A stretch of 64,000 nt of DNA from sequence record NC_027364.1. One strand, given 5' to 3'. This document shows, one piece after another, positions 1 through 9,390 of the stretch (within the stretch, counting starts at the first letter, position 1; the number at the start of each line of letters is the position of its first letter). Both the position numbers and the translations under genes were made by a program. Below the pieces are notes generated by a model, which saw nothing but the letters and a program-made list of their open reading frames with translations, had not been told where the DNA came from and did no database searches.

Positions 1-312
1 GCTCTTCATTTCTGCGAATATGTTTTTCTTCACCTTTATGATTTTTGTAAGTATATGCACAACGCATAATGGCTAATCGAACTTCACCTGCTTTGGTGAT
101 AGTGTATGAATGTATTGCATTATCATAATCACTTTCCCATTTCTGACCAGCATATTCGTACCAAAGTTCATTAGTTTCCCATTTAATGAAATCAAATTCT
201 AACAAACTGTCAATCAACTTAGCCAAATTACCACTGTACTCACGGCTAATGATATTGAAACCACCATTGTACTTTGCAAGGTACAGAATCTTTTCTTGTG
301 TTACATTTTTCA

Positions 313-651
313 TTACATGTAATCCTTGATGTATTTTAGCAGTTTAGATTTCTCTTCGGTACTTAATGATTTCTTGTTCATTAAGTGTTTCATTTCTTGA
401 CGTTCAATTTCTTCACATCTTTTAGATTCAGCTTCAATTCGTGTATTATATTCTTCGTCAGTTTCTTCTCTGGTCCAAATTACATTGTATCCATGAAAAC
501 CGCCGTAACCACCGTCGGGTGAAAGACTAATGGGACCGTTATATTCAGCACGATACTTATTAAGAGTGTCAATAAAGGTATCAATGCCACACGGTTCAAT
601 TTCAATATAACCAATCACTACAGTAACGTCAATTTTGTTCATAAAGTTCAC
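313..651 (-). CDS. hypothetical protein
   Basis: 112-aa ORF on the dominant coding strand with AGG SD. Confidence 0.7.
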   Translation of the reverse strand: MNFMNKIDVTVVIGYIEIEPCGIDTFIDTLNKYRAEYNGPISLSPDGGYGGFHGYNVIWTREETDEEYNTRIEAESKRCEEIERQEMKHLMNKKSLSTEEKSKLLKYIKDYM

Positions 652-669
652 CTATAAAATTAGGGAGCA

Positions 670-1227
670 TTAGCTCCCTTTGTATTGATGTTTACGTTTA
701 GTACTGTATTTCCAGCCAGTACTGTGTCTTGTTCTGATATCGTCCCAATACGATGGTAATGAACGCATCTTACGTCTTCCACGTATTTCAGGTTCCCCCT
801 CATCCTTCAGTACTGCACAAGCCATACGACGCTCTTGCTGAGTCTTAGGACGCTTGTATCGGGAGTGGTTATGTTTGTACATATACGAACGCTTATGTCG
901 CCATTCCTTATCACGAGCTTTACGTTTATGTTCCCAGTACTCATTATAGAGTATCATGTATTCACCCATAAGTAAATCAGGAGATACAAGTAATCCTTTT
1001 TCAGTACAAAGATAATAACCTACGAACTTTTCTGGATACATTTCGTAATAGAAACGGTTCTTCCAAAATGTTTCACGATTCTTTTTGTTGAATTCAGCTA
1101 AATCGAATTTCATCTTACTGTGGAAACGGTCTATACCGTCATGTTCCGCAATGTACTCTAACAGATTATCAATAATCTCAACTTTACCAGAATCGTGATA
1201 CAACGTAAATGTTTGGTCAAAAAACAT
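670..1227 (-). CDS. hypothetical protein with basic, Trp-rich C-terminus
   Basis: 185-aa ORF preceded by AGGAG SD. Confidence 0.75.
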   Translation of the reverse strand: MFFDQTFTLYHDSGKVEIIDNLLEYIAEHDGIDRFHSKMKFDLAEFNKKNRETFWKNRFYYEMYPEKFVGYYLCTEKGLLVSPDLLMGEYMILYNEYWEHKRKARDKEWRHKRSYMYKHNHSRYKRPKTQQERRMACAVLKDEGEPEIRGRRKMRSLPSYWDDIRTRHSTGWKYSTKRKHQYKGS

Positions 1228-1323
1228 ATGAAATCTCCTTTAAGTTAAAATAACCTAATGGAAAGTCATTCTTCCTTTAATACATGTTCTCATGATTTGT
1301 TCCTTTTGTCAAGATATAGATAT

Positions 1324-1349
1324 AAAAAATCCCTGCCAAAAGACAGGGA
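1324..1349 (-). terminator. intrinsic terminator
   Basis: minus strand TCCCTGTC-TTTT-GGCAGGGA then T6. Confidence 0.75.
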
Positions 1350-1453
1350 CGAAAAACTGAAATAACACATGGAGTTCTTTTTAATTTAATAAAAAGTATT
1401 ATTATTCTTATAAAAGTATTTATTAAGAACTCCACAATATGGCTTCAAATGAA

Positions 1454-1642
1454 TCAAAAACCTTTCTGAGCTACTAGTTCGCGGTACTGTGCACGAGTTA
1501 GTACACCTTGTTTGCGTAGAGCTTGTAGACCGGATAGGGTTTCACTCTTACGTTGTTCGTACATACGTTGTTCTTTAGATTGAATAACTTTCTCTTTCTT
1601 AACTTTTGCTACTGGTTCTTGTTTCTTAGGTTGTTTAGCCAT
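1454..1642 (-). CDS. small basic protein
   Basis: 62 aa, Lys/Gln-rich, GGAG SD. Confidence 0.7.
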   Translation of the reverse strand: MAKQPKKQEPVAKVKKEKVIQSKEQRMYEQRKSETLSGLQALRKQGVLTRAQYRELVAQKGF

Positions 1643-1673
1643 TTTATATCTCCTTCTGTATTATGATAACAAC

Positions 1674-1707
1674 ATTATATCATGTATGGGACATTATGTC
1701 CCATACA
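1674..1707 (-). promoter_or_regulatory. extended -10 promoter overlapped by a 25-bp palindrome
   Basis: TG-A-TATAAT at 1674-1682; GGGACA 17 bp upstream; arms TGTATGGGACAT/ATGTCCCATACA at 1683-1707. Confidence 0.6.
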
Positions 1708-1710
1708 ATA

Positions 1711-3150
1711 TTACATATTTTCTTCAGCAAATTCTGCAAGTGGTGAACGAACAACACCTTCTAGTTCGATGACACGACAACCTGCCCAATCTTTAAACTT
1801 CTCAGTTACATATGTCAAACCACTGTTAACAGGACTAATAAACTTACTGTCAATCTGACTCAAGTTACCCATAATTACTACTTTACAGTTTAATCCTGCT
1901 CGTGTCAAGATTGTTTTGGCTTGTGCAGGTGTAATGTTTTGGAATTCATCAACTACTAGAATAGTGTTGGTGAATGAACGTCCACGTACAAAGTTTAGTG
2001 CTTTAAATTGAATAACATTACGTTTCATAATCTCTTCAATACTACCTTGTGGGTTAGCATCATCTTTATGAAGAAACTCTAACGCGTCAATTGCGGCTCC
2101 ACAGAATGGAATCACTTTTTCTGCTTCTGAACCTGGCAAGAAACCAATATCTTCAAACTGTGAGTCTTGAGTTTTAGAGAAGATGATTCGGTCGTATTTA
2201 CGTTTTTCCAGTACTAATTCTAATGCAGTAGCAATCGTAATTAGTGTTTTACCAGTACCCGCAGAACCTAGCAGTACTGTTAGATGTACATCAGGATCGA
2301 GAATACTGTTGATGGCGAGTGCTTGTTGGATATTCTTTGCTTTAATATCCCATACTTTAGCACGTAAAGCTACTGATTGTCCAATATCTTGGAATACCAA
2401 AATATCTTCTGGTGTTAGTGTTCCATCATCTTCCTCAATTGCTGATTGACCTTCGTACACAAATAATACGTCTGCATCATCATATAGATAATCACCGATG
2501 CATAGATTTTGTGGGAGCAAATGCTCAATCAAGCTTTTGGAAATGTAATGATACAAACGACGACCAACTTGTTCGGATTGAATATTAGTATTGGTTAAGT
2601 TGCTATATACTTCCCAAAAATTAATTTCCAAATGGTGTTGACCAATGTGAATCAAATCACTATCACCAATAACAATATCATGGCGATAATCTTGTACCTC
2701 GACACCATAACTTAGTGCTTTGATACGCATGTTGATATCACGAGTTACCAGTACTGATTCTGTTGCTAAAGCTACCAGAATGATTTTATCATCAGGTACT
2801 GTGCTTTTGAGAAGGGTTTGAACTTTCTCTTCTGAACCTTTAGTACGAATTAGTGCTTCAGCTTCTTCGTTTGTAATAACAAACAATTTGCTATCAGGAT
2901 TCATATTGGTATGAACATCAGCAATATTAACACCAGTACTACTAATCTCATCATGTGATGCATCTGCAATAATTGCTTCAATGTTACGAATAGCAACACG
3001 AGCATCGCGTGAAACATCTACATTACGACTCTTAATTGAATCCAATTCTTCCAGTACTGTAAATGGTAGAATGATTGCAGCACCATCAAAAGCAATAGAT
3101 GCATTAGGGTCAGATAGTAGTACGTTTGTGTCAATTGTATATTTTTTCAT
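1711..3150 (-). CDS. phoH: PIN-PhoH (PhoH2/YlaK-type) ribonuclease-ATPase
   Basis: PIN motifs IDTNVLL, VLEELD, DDKI, TRDINMRIKA; PhoH ATPase GSAGTGKT, IGFLPG, RGRS, VDEFQN, GNLSQID. Confidence 0.93.
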   Translation of the reverse strand: MKKYTIDTNVLLSDPNASIAFDGAAIILPFTVLEELDSIKSRNVDVSRDARVAIRNIEAIIADASHDEISSTGVNIADVHTNMNPDSKLFVITNEEAEALIRTKGSEEKVQTLLKSTVPDDKIILVALATESVLVTRDINMRIKALSYGVEVQDYRHDIVIGDSDLIHIGQHHLEINFWEVYSNLTNTNIQSEQVGRRLYHYISKSLIEHLLPQNLCIGDYLYDDADVLFVYEGQSAIEEDDGTLTPEDILVFQDIGQSVALRAKVWDIKAKNIQQALAINSILDPDVHLTVLLGSAGTGKTLITIATALELVLEKRKYDRIIFSKTQDSQFEDIGFLPGSEAEKVIPFCGAAIDALEFLHKDDANPQGSIEEIMKRNVIQFKALNFVRGRSFTNTILVVDEFQNITPAQAKTILTRAGLNCKVVIMGNLSQIDSKFISPVNSGLTYVTEKFKDWAGCRVIELEGVVRSPLAEFAEENM

Positions 3151-3210
3151 AAAACATCCTTGAGTTATGAGTACATCCTTGTACTCGACTAATGTTATTG
3201 ACTCGGATTA

Positions 3211-3513
3211 TTACATATTTGGTTCGTATTCAACATAGCAACGTGAACCTCGAACCTTTTCTTCCCAGCACTCCTGGTAAACAAGTTGACCAATTGAAAC
3301 TGGTTCTCTTGATAGTCCATTACGTACTTCACCATTTTGGGTTTTATACATAAATGAACATTTGGACTCGCTACATTGTCCTAAACTAACAACTTCTGCG
3401 GTATTGTAGTGAATGTTGGTACGCTTAGTGTTCTCGTGATACTGTCCGAACCAAAGAACTCCTGCACCTAACAGAACAGTACAAATAAGACTTTTGATGT
3501 GTGTTTGAATCAT
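3211..3513 (-). CDS. membrane-anchored Cys-containing small protein
   Basis: N-terminal hydrophobic helix, four Cys in the soluble part. Confidence 0.7.
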   Translation of the reverse strand: MIQTHIKSLICTVLLGAGVLWFGQYHENTKRTNIHYNTAEVVSLGQCSESKCSFMYKTQNGEVRNGLSREPVSIGQLVYQECWEEKVRGSRCYVEYEPNM

Positions 3514-3830
3514 AATGCGTTAAATCCATTGTTTAAGTATGTTTCAATATTAATTTTACCAACAGGATTACTACTGTGAACAAAGTACTCAAACGGTTCT
3601 TTAATATTATTATCAAACATATAATCAATAAGAAACTTAGCAAAAGAATATCCAGTCTTTTCGTCTTCGCTCACATCACCCAAGTCATGGTCGAATGATA
3701 CAAATGCTGGAATTCCATTTTCAATAACATATTCACATGCACTTTTAAAGTCACGACATACCACCATATCTTGGTTTGGATAATATAGATTTGCATCACG
3801 AATATCATCCAAAAACATTGAGTAAGACAT
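3510..3830 (-). CDS. cyclic-phosphate-processing receiver-like domain protein
   Basis: FLDDIR...VSFDHDLG...GY...VHSSNPVG pattern typical of this family. Confidence 0.8.
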   Translation of the reverse strand: MSYSMFLDDIRDANLYYPNQDMVVCRDFKSACEYVIENGIPAFVSFDHDLGDVSEDEKTGYSFAKFLIDYMFDNNIKEPFEYFVHSSNPVGKINIETYLNNGFNAL

Positions 3831-3839
3831 GTTAAACTC

Positions 3840-4391
3840 CTATAGATAACTAATTAGTAAGTTTTCTTTTTGAACCAGATACTCCAATTCTTGTTTTGCT
3901 GTACCGATGAAGTTCTGTGTCATAAGATTATTATATCCCGCTTCTCGATTTTGTCCCTTAGAATAACGAGAAATATGACATAAATTTACACCAGCAACTT
4001 CTGCACTTGCATGTTTAGCATTAGTGTATCCATCTCTAATGTGTTTCAACTCGTCATAGCTCACTTCATAGCTAAAACTATGACTGTTTGCACCTGGGTA
4101 AATTTCAAAAGTTTTGAGTGGTCGAAGATGGGAAACAAAAATATTGTAATCCATTTCTTCTTGAACTTCACGACGCAACGCATCTTCTAGTGAGATATCA
4201 GTACTTTCTACGGTTCCACCACATCCACCAAGAAGACCATCCCATCGTAATTGCAGTAATACTAAATTTACTTCTGGTATATCATTCAACTCATAGTTTT
4301 TGTAAGGGTTGCATTTTCTTGCAAAGAAATAACAAAATACAAAATTTGCACGTGTGCCATATTCACCAAAGGGAACTTCTTTAACACTCAT
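3840..4391 (-). CDS. Nudix hydrolase, NUDT16-like
   Basis: LLQLRWDGLLGGCGG...SLEDALRREVQEE Nudix box; AKHASAEVAG and NFIGTAKQEL resemble NUDT16 segments. Confidence 0.85.
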   Translation of the reverse strand: MSVKEVPFGEYGTRANFVFCYFFARKCNPYKNYELNDIPEVNLVLLQLRWDGLLGGCGGTVESTDISLEDALRREVQEEMDYNIFVSHLRPLKTFEIYPGANSHSFSYEVSYDELKHIRDGYTNAKHASAEVAGVNLCHISRYSKGQNREAGYNNLMTQNFIGTAKQELEYLVQKENLLISYL

Positions 4392-5146
4392 TTCATACGT
4401 TCCTTAATTATAGTCTCTAGATGCGGTATTGCTTTGGTTGCTGGCTTGATAACTTTTTCATTAAACAAAAAATCATTATCATTTTTACGAATGTTAACAT
4501 TAACACTATAACATGGCAATGCTGCTGCTAATCTCGACCATACCAGTACTGTATCGCTACTACCAATTACAATAACTGTATCATTTTCATTAAGAGATTT
4601 CAACACATTATTTCGTTCTTCGTAAATTGGTAAGCGAATACCATCAACATAACGATGATATTCTCCAATCATTACTACATTTGGTTTAGCAAAAACATCA
4701 TGTTTTGGTATGTATGGTTCGTATCCGCAGTTAATAACATTATAATCATCGGAATTGATACTATAATTTTCAATAACTTCACACAAGTTTCCATGAAGTT
4801 TAAGCTCATGACCACCAATACGAGTATAAAGATCGTCCATGTTAGAAGTCATATGAAGGAAGCAATCACCATATTGATCTTCTAACGATTTTATAAAATA
4901 ATGCATTGCATTCGGTTCGCATTGTCCCAATTTTACACGTAATGTATTATAGAAAGAATGAACAACATGATATTTTGTAGTTAAACTCGCAATGTTACAT
5001 ACATCATTAATTTTAAATGTATCCCACAAACCATCATCAAATCGAAAAGGTTCCATACCACTTTCAACAGAAAGTCCTGCACCTGATATAATCAGTAATC
5101 GCTTTTTACCTTCATTGCTTATAAATTTTTCTGATATCATATTCAA
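4388..5146 (-). CDS. Sir2/CobB-family NAD-dependent deacylase or NADase
   Basis: SGAGLSVESG..FR..DGLW, TSNMDDL, LHG, KPNVVMIGE, VIGSS, VN motifs. Confidence 0.88.
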   Translation of the reverse strand: MNMISEKFISNEGKKRLLIISGAGLSVESGMEPFRFDDGLWDTFKINDVCNIASLTTKYHVVHSFYNTLRVKLGQCEPNAMHYFIKSLEDQYGDCFLHMTSNMDDLYTRIGGHELKLHGNLCEVIENYSINSDDYNVINCGYEPYIPKHDVFAKPNVVMIGEYHRYVDGIRLPIYEERNNVLKSLNENDTVIVIGSSDTVLVWSRLAAALPCYSVNVNIRKNDNDFLFNEKVIKPATKAIPHLETIIKERMK

Positions 5147-5149
5147 TCC

Positions 5150-5344
5150 TTATAAAAAAACAATTAAATATATTGATAATAACAGAATGATTCCAATATG
5201 ATAGGCATACATAAAATTATTATCTTTGTGATAACCATTGGATTTCAAGTCCCTATATAAGCATTTAGCATTGTTATAAATTACAACAATAGAAAAAACT
5301 ATAAAAAAACTCAAAACCCATTCATAAATTGTGTATGCCATCAT
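5150..5344 (-). CDS. small membrane protein
   Basis: 64 aa, two hydrophobic segments. Confidence 0.65.
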   Translation of the reverse strand: MMAYTIYEWVLSFFIVFSIVVIYNNAKCLYRDLKSNGYHKDNNFMYAYHIGIILLLSIYLIVFL

Positions 5345-5371
5345 CTATTCTCTCTTATAATATTAGTACTT

Positions 5372-5965
5372 TTAATATTTTAAAACATCAAACTCTTCGC
5401 TTACGCTTGTTACATTATCACTAACAATTTTAAAAATTGATTTGATACGTTCGTGTAGTGGTTTTTTAGATTCGTTCTCAACTTCAATATATGCTTGCAT
5501 TGCTGCAATTGCATGATATGTCCCACTACCTACTGCGGTAATTCTTGTTTTAGGTTGTAGTACTGAAAAGTCTTCTTGAACTTCATAGATTGTATGATTG
5601 TGGAGAATGATAAATTGTCCACCACCTACATCTTGTGATGCATCTCGTGAACCCCATTCTTCTTTAAACATTTGACGAATGATTGGAATAACTTTAAGAA
5701 CCAAATATTGTGAAAATGTTTGACCAGCAGCTTGTTCAGGTAAATTAAGGTTATAATTTAACAACTGACCCATACGAAATGATGTAGTATAACCCAATGC
5801 CATTACTTCTTTAGTTCTAGTTAGTCCATCATCATGTAACTTGATAAATTCTTTCTCGAATACCTTTGGCTCAGTTTGAACAGTTTTTGTAAATCCATTG
5901 CTTCCTAACTTATCGCCAGCAATAAAAGAACTTACTCCGTCAGTGTGTGCAATAATACAGGTCAT
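5372..5965 (-). CDS. HslV/proteasome beta-like Ntn-hydrolase peptidase
   Basis: start re-set to 5965 (GGAG SD, ATGA overlap) gives MTCIIA with N-terminal Thr; GDK, PKVF and AVGSG..A.AA motifs. Confidence 0.8.
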   Translation of the reverse strand: MTCIIAHTDGVSSFIAGDKLGSNGFTKTVQTEPKVFEKEFIKLHDDGLTRTKEVMALGYTTSFRMGQLLNYNLNLPEQAAGQTFSQYLVLKVIPIIRQMFKEEWGSRDASQDVGGGQFIILHNHTIYEVQEDFSVLQPKTRITAVGSGTYHAIAAMQAYIEVENESKKPLHERIKSIFKIVSDNVTSVSEEFDVLKY

Positions 5966-6222
5966 AAAATAGCTCCAATTGCAAATAATGTTGTGTATAA
6001 GATATAAATTAGTGCTCCTAACAACATTAGGCACACCAAGTATGAAGTTGATAGTACATAATAAATTATTGCTTCGAATTTTGAATTGAACTTCATTGTA
6101 GTTGGATCAATAAAGCCATTACGATAATCTTTGTAAATGAAAACTGTTAGAAAAATAACTGTAGCATACATTACTACAGTAGCATAAAAAATAATAGATG
6201 TCAAGTTTTGGATGTTTGTCAT
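5962..6222 (-). CDS. small membrane protein
   Basis: 86 aa, two TM segments. Confidence 0.65.
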   Translation of the reverse strand: MTNIQNLTSIIFYATVVMYATVIFLTVFIYKDYRNGFIDPTTMKFNSKFEAIIYYVLSTSYLVCLMLLGALIYILYTTLFAIGAIL

Positions 6223-6292
6223 AGTTATATAATCTCAATATAATTAATAACAAAGGAAGTACATCATAATCATCCTGTTATTTTAATTATTT

Positions 6293-6916
6293 TTATTGTT
6301 TGACTGAACCGTAAAAAACCAGTTCTGGTTTTGTTAATATTACAACATCTTCACCACGAGAACGACTAACTCTAAATAGAACTTCTGGTGGGATTCCATT
6401 TGCTGCATATAGTGAAAAAAGGAAACCTACCTTTGTTGCCATTTCTTCGGTAAAAGTTGATAGCTGTCTTACAGACACAAATGAATTATCACCATCAGTA
6501 ACATTACTTTTAATCGAAATGTTATGAAGACCCAGTACTGAGCGATTTGTCATATATCGCTTTTCGGGAGATACACTAAAGAATACCACAGTACATGCTG
6601 AATTGCAATACCTAGAAACAATTAAATTTATCCCATTGTCTCTAACAAAGTTTGCCATTCGAATACCTGCATCAAAATCACCACCAGGAGATGTAATTGT
6701 GATGGTATCATAGTGTTCTTTATCATACAACTCTATCATTCTCTTGAGTGACCCATCTGTAATATCTGATATGAAATATACATTTCGGGTTTCAGGATTA
6801 TACTTTATCACATTTTTACTTTCAATACCAGCACTGGCTGGAAAATTTATTAACAATAGAAACATTGCTGCTTGTATCACTTCAAGCCATAGTCTTTTCA
6901 TATAACAAGTCCTCAA
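6293..6916 (-). CDS. exported ClpP/crotonase-like peptidase
   Basis: signal-like N-terminus; ITITSPGGD..AG, CNSACT, LGLH motifs. Confidence 0.75.
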   Translation of the reverse strand: MRTCYMKRLWLEVIQAAMFLLLINFPASAGIESKNVIKYNPETRNVYFISDITDGSLKRMIELYDKEHYDTITITSPGGDFDAGIRMANFVRDNGINLIVSRYCNSACTVVFFSVSPEKRYMTNRSVLGLHNISIKSNVTDGDNSFVSVRQLSTFTEEMATKVGFLFSLYAANGIPPEVLFRVSRSRGEDVVILTKPELVFYGSVKQ

Positions 6917-6936
6917 TTTTGTTTAGGAAGATATAA

Positions 6937-6965
6937 ATAATATAGTACTTAAACACTTAAGTCAA
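6937..6965 (-). promoter_or_regulatory. sigma70-like promoter
   Basis: TTGACT-17 bp-TATTAT. Confidence 0.6.
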
Positions 6966-7027
6966 ACTTTTTCTGTACTTAACTCAAATTTTTAAAAATA
7001 AAACTTAAGGTGTACAGTTTATAACAG

Positions 7028-7056
7028 ATCATATCATACCACTGATGTTTTGTCAA
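7028..7056 (-). promoter_or_regulatory. sigma70-like promoter with extended -10
   Basis: TTGACA-17 bp-TATGAT preceded by TG. Confidence 0.75.
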
Positions 7057-7126
7057 CTAGTTCATGGTGCATCTGATGTAAAAAACAAATATATTTCATA
7101 CTTATATTTAAAAAAGGAAATAAAAT

Positions 7127-7504
7127 ATGAAAGCTATCGCAGCACAAGGTAAACTACCATTCAATATCGGCGGGTTTTGTGTAACCGCAGCTAATATAAA
7201 CGGTGAATTGAAATATAACTTGAACATCTTTAATCAACGTTCTAGTTGTGTTTACGATCTCATTGATACTGATTTTAATGTTTATCGTTTTGTAACTATC
7301 ACTAGTTATGATAAAGATAAAATTAGATTAGATGCATCTAAAACAGCATTGGAAATTGCACCAACTCTAGCCAAAAACACTTTTTGTATTAAGATTGACG
7401 ATAGTGCATTTGCCGAATCATTCCAGTTTCATAAAATTAAATTGAGTACTGGTGCGATGAAATATCACCCTTGGGATTTGTATTATTGTAACCTCCCTGG
7501 TTAA
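7127..7504 (+). CDS. hypothetical protein, the only credible plus-strand gene
   Basis: 125 aa, AAAGGA SD, starts in a true intergenic gap, ends at a bidirectional terminator. Confidence 0.8.
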   Translation: MKAIAAQGKLPFNIGGFCVTAANINGELKYNLNIFNQRSSCVYDLIDTDFNVYRFVTITSYDKDKIRLDASKTALEIAPTLAKNTFCIKIDDSAFAESFQFHKIKLSTGAMKYHPWDLYYCNLPG

Positions 7505-7793
7505 CAAAAAAAGGAGCCATACGGCTCCTTTTTTTTATTTCTACAGTATTAAGCTTCTGACAAATCATATCAGCTTCTACTCGGTCTTTATAATAAATGG
7601 TAAATCCAAATCTACTTGTTACCCTTTTCTCACTACGGTGTATACAGTTTACAATATAGTACTTATTATTTTGTGCAGAAAAACGAACTTCATAATTTCG
7701 AAAAGAAGTATTAGGTTCATCCATAGCAACTATATATAACATAAAAATGAAAAACACTGTTATTAGAAAAGCAATAATAATTATTACTGTCAT
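7437..7793 (-). CDS. membrane-anchored hypothetical protein (3' end runs through the terminator)
   Basis: N-terminal TM helix; ATGA overlap with the upstream gene. Confidence 0.65.
   Translation of the reverse strand: MTVIIIIAFLITVFFIFMLYIVAMDEPNTSFRNYEVRFSAQNNKYYIVNCIHRSEKRVTSRFGFTIYYKDRVEADMICQKLNTVEIKKRSRMAPFFVNQGGYNNTNPKGDISSHQYSI
7506..7536. terminator. bidirectional intrinsic terminator
   Basis: A7-GGAGCC-ATAC-GGCTCC-T8. Confidence 0.88.
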
Positions 7794-8269
7794 TTATCAA
7801 GACCCTTATCATAAATGCAATTAACAATAATTCCAGCATCTTCCAGTACTTTAATAGCTTCTGGTGGTGTACGAGGATAATTTTTGAGATAAATTACACG
7901 TGAAATCCCACTACCTGCGATCAACTTAGAACAAGTATAACATGGTTGTAGTGTTGTGTAAAGAGTAGCACCTTGACGTTCAGTAGGAGAACTATAGAGT
8001 AAAGCGTTCATTTCAGCATGGATTTCATGAATATTACTCCACTCATGATGTTCATGCTTTGCTTCATCACTAACCCAGTCTTGAAAACGTCCATCATTGA
8101 CTAAGTGTTGATTCACATCACAACAATTTGGTTGTTTTGATGGAGTACCATTGTATCCAGTACTCAATACTCGGTTATTTTTAACAATAACACAACCAAC
8201 TTTTTGTGAAATACATTTACTTTCCTCAGCAACTACTTCTGCTATCTTCAACCAAGTCGTATGTTTCAT
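7790..8269 (-). CDS. cd: dCMP deaminase
   Basis: VGCVIV, STGYNG, HAEMNAL, PCYTC zinc-deaminase motifs; start re-set to GGAG-preceded MKH. Confidence 0.93.
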   Translation of the reverse strand: MKHTTWLKIAEVVAEESKCISQKVGCVIVKNNRVLSTGYNGTPSKQPNCCDVNQHLVNDGRFQDWVSDEAKHEHHEWSNIHEIHAEMNALLYSSPTERQGATLYTTLQPCYTCSKLIAGSGISRVIYLKNYPRTPPEAIKVLEDAGIIVNCIYDKGLDK

Positions 8270-8432
8270 TATAAGCTCCAATACTTAACAATGCGTTTTT
8301 ACACAAATCATGAATTTTCATAACTCGAATATAGTTTAACACATCTGTTTCATTAATTTCAAATGGTTTATCTGCATATGTAGACCACGTTTGATTTAAT
8401 TCAATAACAAATGTAATTTTATCTGTATCCAT
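8226..8432 (-). CDS. hypothetical protein
   Basis: 68-aa ORF in the operon run. Confidence 0.55.
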   Translation of the reverse strand: MDTDKITFVIELNQTWSTYADKPFEINETDVLNYIRVMKIHDLCKNALLSIGAYNETYDLVEDSRSSC

Positions 8433-8490
8433 AATATTATCACAAAATCTACGAAAATCTTGCTCTTCATCGGAAAGTCTGAAATTTAAA

Positions 8491-8751
8491 TCATTTTTTT
8501 AAACCATTAACTGTGAAGCAAATACCAGTACTGTAACCGATGCAAATATCTTCAATATCATATAATCCATAAATTAATTTAGAGATAAACGTGCTATATT
8601 TGTTTCTATGATAATAGTTTAATATTTCTTGTTTAATATTAATTTCAATATCAGTAGTTTTTTGTAATGTAAGTTTAATTAATTCTAATGTCTTGATTAT
8701 GTTATCTAACCAGATATTAGTATCATCTATACTTAGGTGTGTGTATTTCAT
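8491..8751 (-). CDS. hypothetical protein
   Basis: 86-aa ORF. Confidence 0.6.
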   Translation of the reverse strand: MKYTHLSIDDTNIWLDNIIKTLELIKLTLQKTTDIEINIKQEILNYYHRNKYSTFISKLIYGLYDIEDICIGYSTGICFTVNGLKK

Positions 8752-9277
8752 TATGTCCCTCTAGATTCCAATCATCAACGAGTTTAGAACAAACTTCCAT
8801 ATGATTATAGTACTTTTCATCCAATACATACGGTTTATTATGATATTGTCGTACATCAGTGAATATATCATAATTTCTATATATGAATGACATATTTTTA
8901 TGCATTAATTCTATAGTTTTCCAAATTTTCTCAATATCATATAGAATTGTTTCTAATGACAAACCTGTTAACTTGGAAATTCTTTCAACTTTAAACCCTG
9001 ATAACATCATAGTACTGTTGTGTTTAGTTAAGTAACTATATCCAATAGAACTATGTATTAACTCAATACTATCAGTGTATGTGATTGTTTTTAGAAATGA
9101 TTTTATATTTCTATTAAACCAATACCACTTTTTGTTTTTATTATAACAACTATACCATTTCTTCAATATATCAATTGCTTCAGAATTAATTTTTAAAGCA
9201 AATTCATCAATTAAAAACATATGATGGTAAAAAATATCACTTTGTTCTTCAGTTAAATTATATTGCTGCATATTCAC
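8723..9277 (-). CDS. hypothetical protein
   Basis: 184-aa ORF. Confidence 0.7.
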   Translation of the reverse strand: MNMQQYNLTEEQSDIFYHHMFLIDEFALKINSEAIDILKKWYSCYNKNKKWYWFNRNIKSFLKTITYTDSIELIHSSIGYSYLTKHNSTMMLSGFKVERISKLTGLSLETILYDIEKIWKTIELMHKNMSFIYRNYDIFTDVRQYHNKPYVLDEKYYNHMEVCSKLVDDWNLEGHNEIHTPKYR

Positions 9278-9358
9278 CTACCCTAGTAACAATGATTCCT
9301 TGGGTATTTAGCTCATATAGATCAAAATATGATCAATGGAAAATTGATATACAGCAAT

Positions 9359-9390
9359 AAAAATAGGAATCCCATGATAGGATTCCTTTT
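9359..9390 (-). terminator. intrinsic terminator
   Basis: AGGAATCCTA-TCA-TGGGATTCCT followed by a T-rich tail. Confidence 0.75.
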
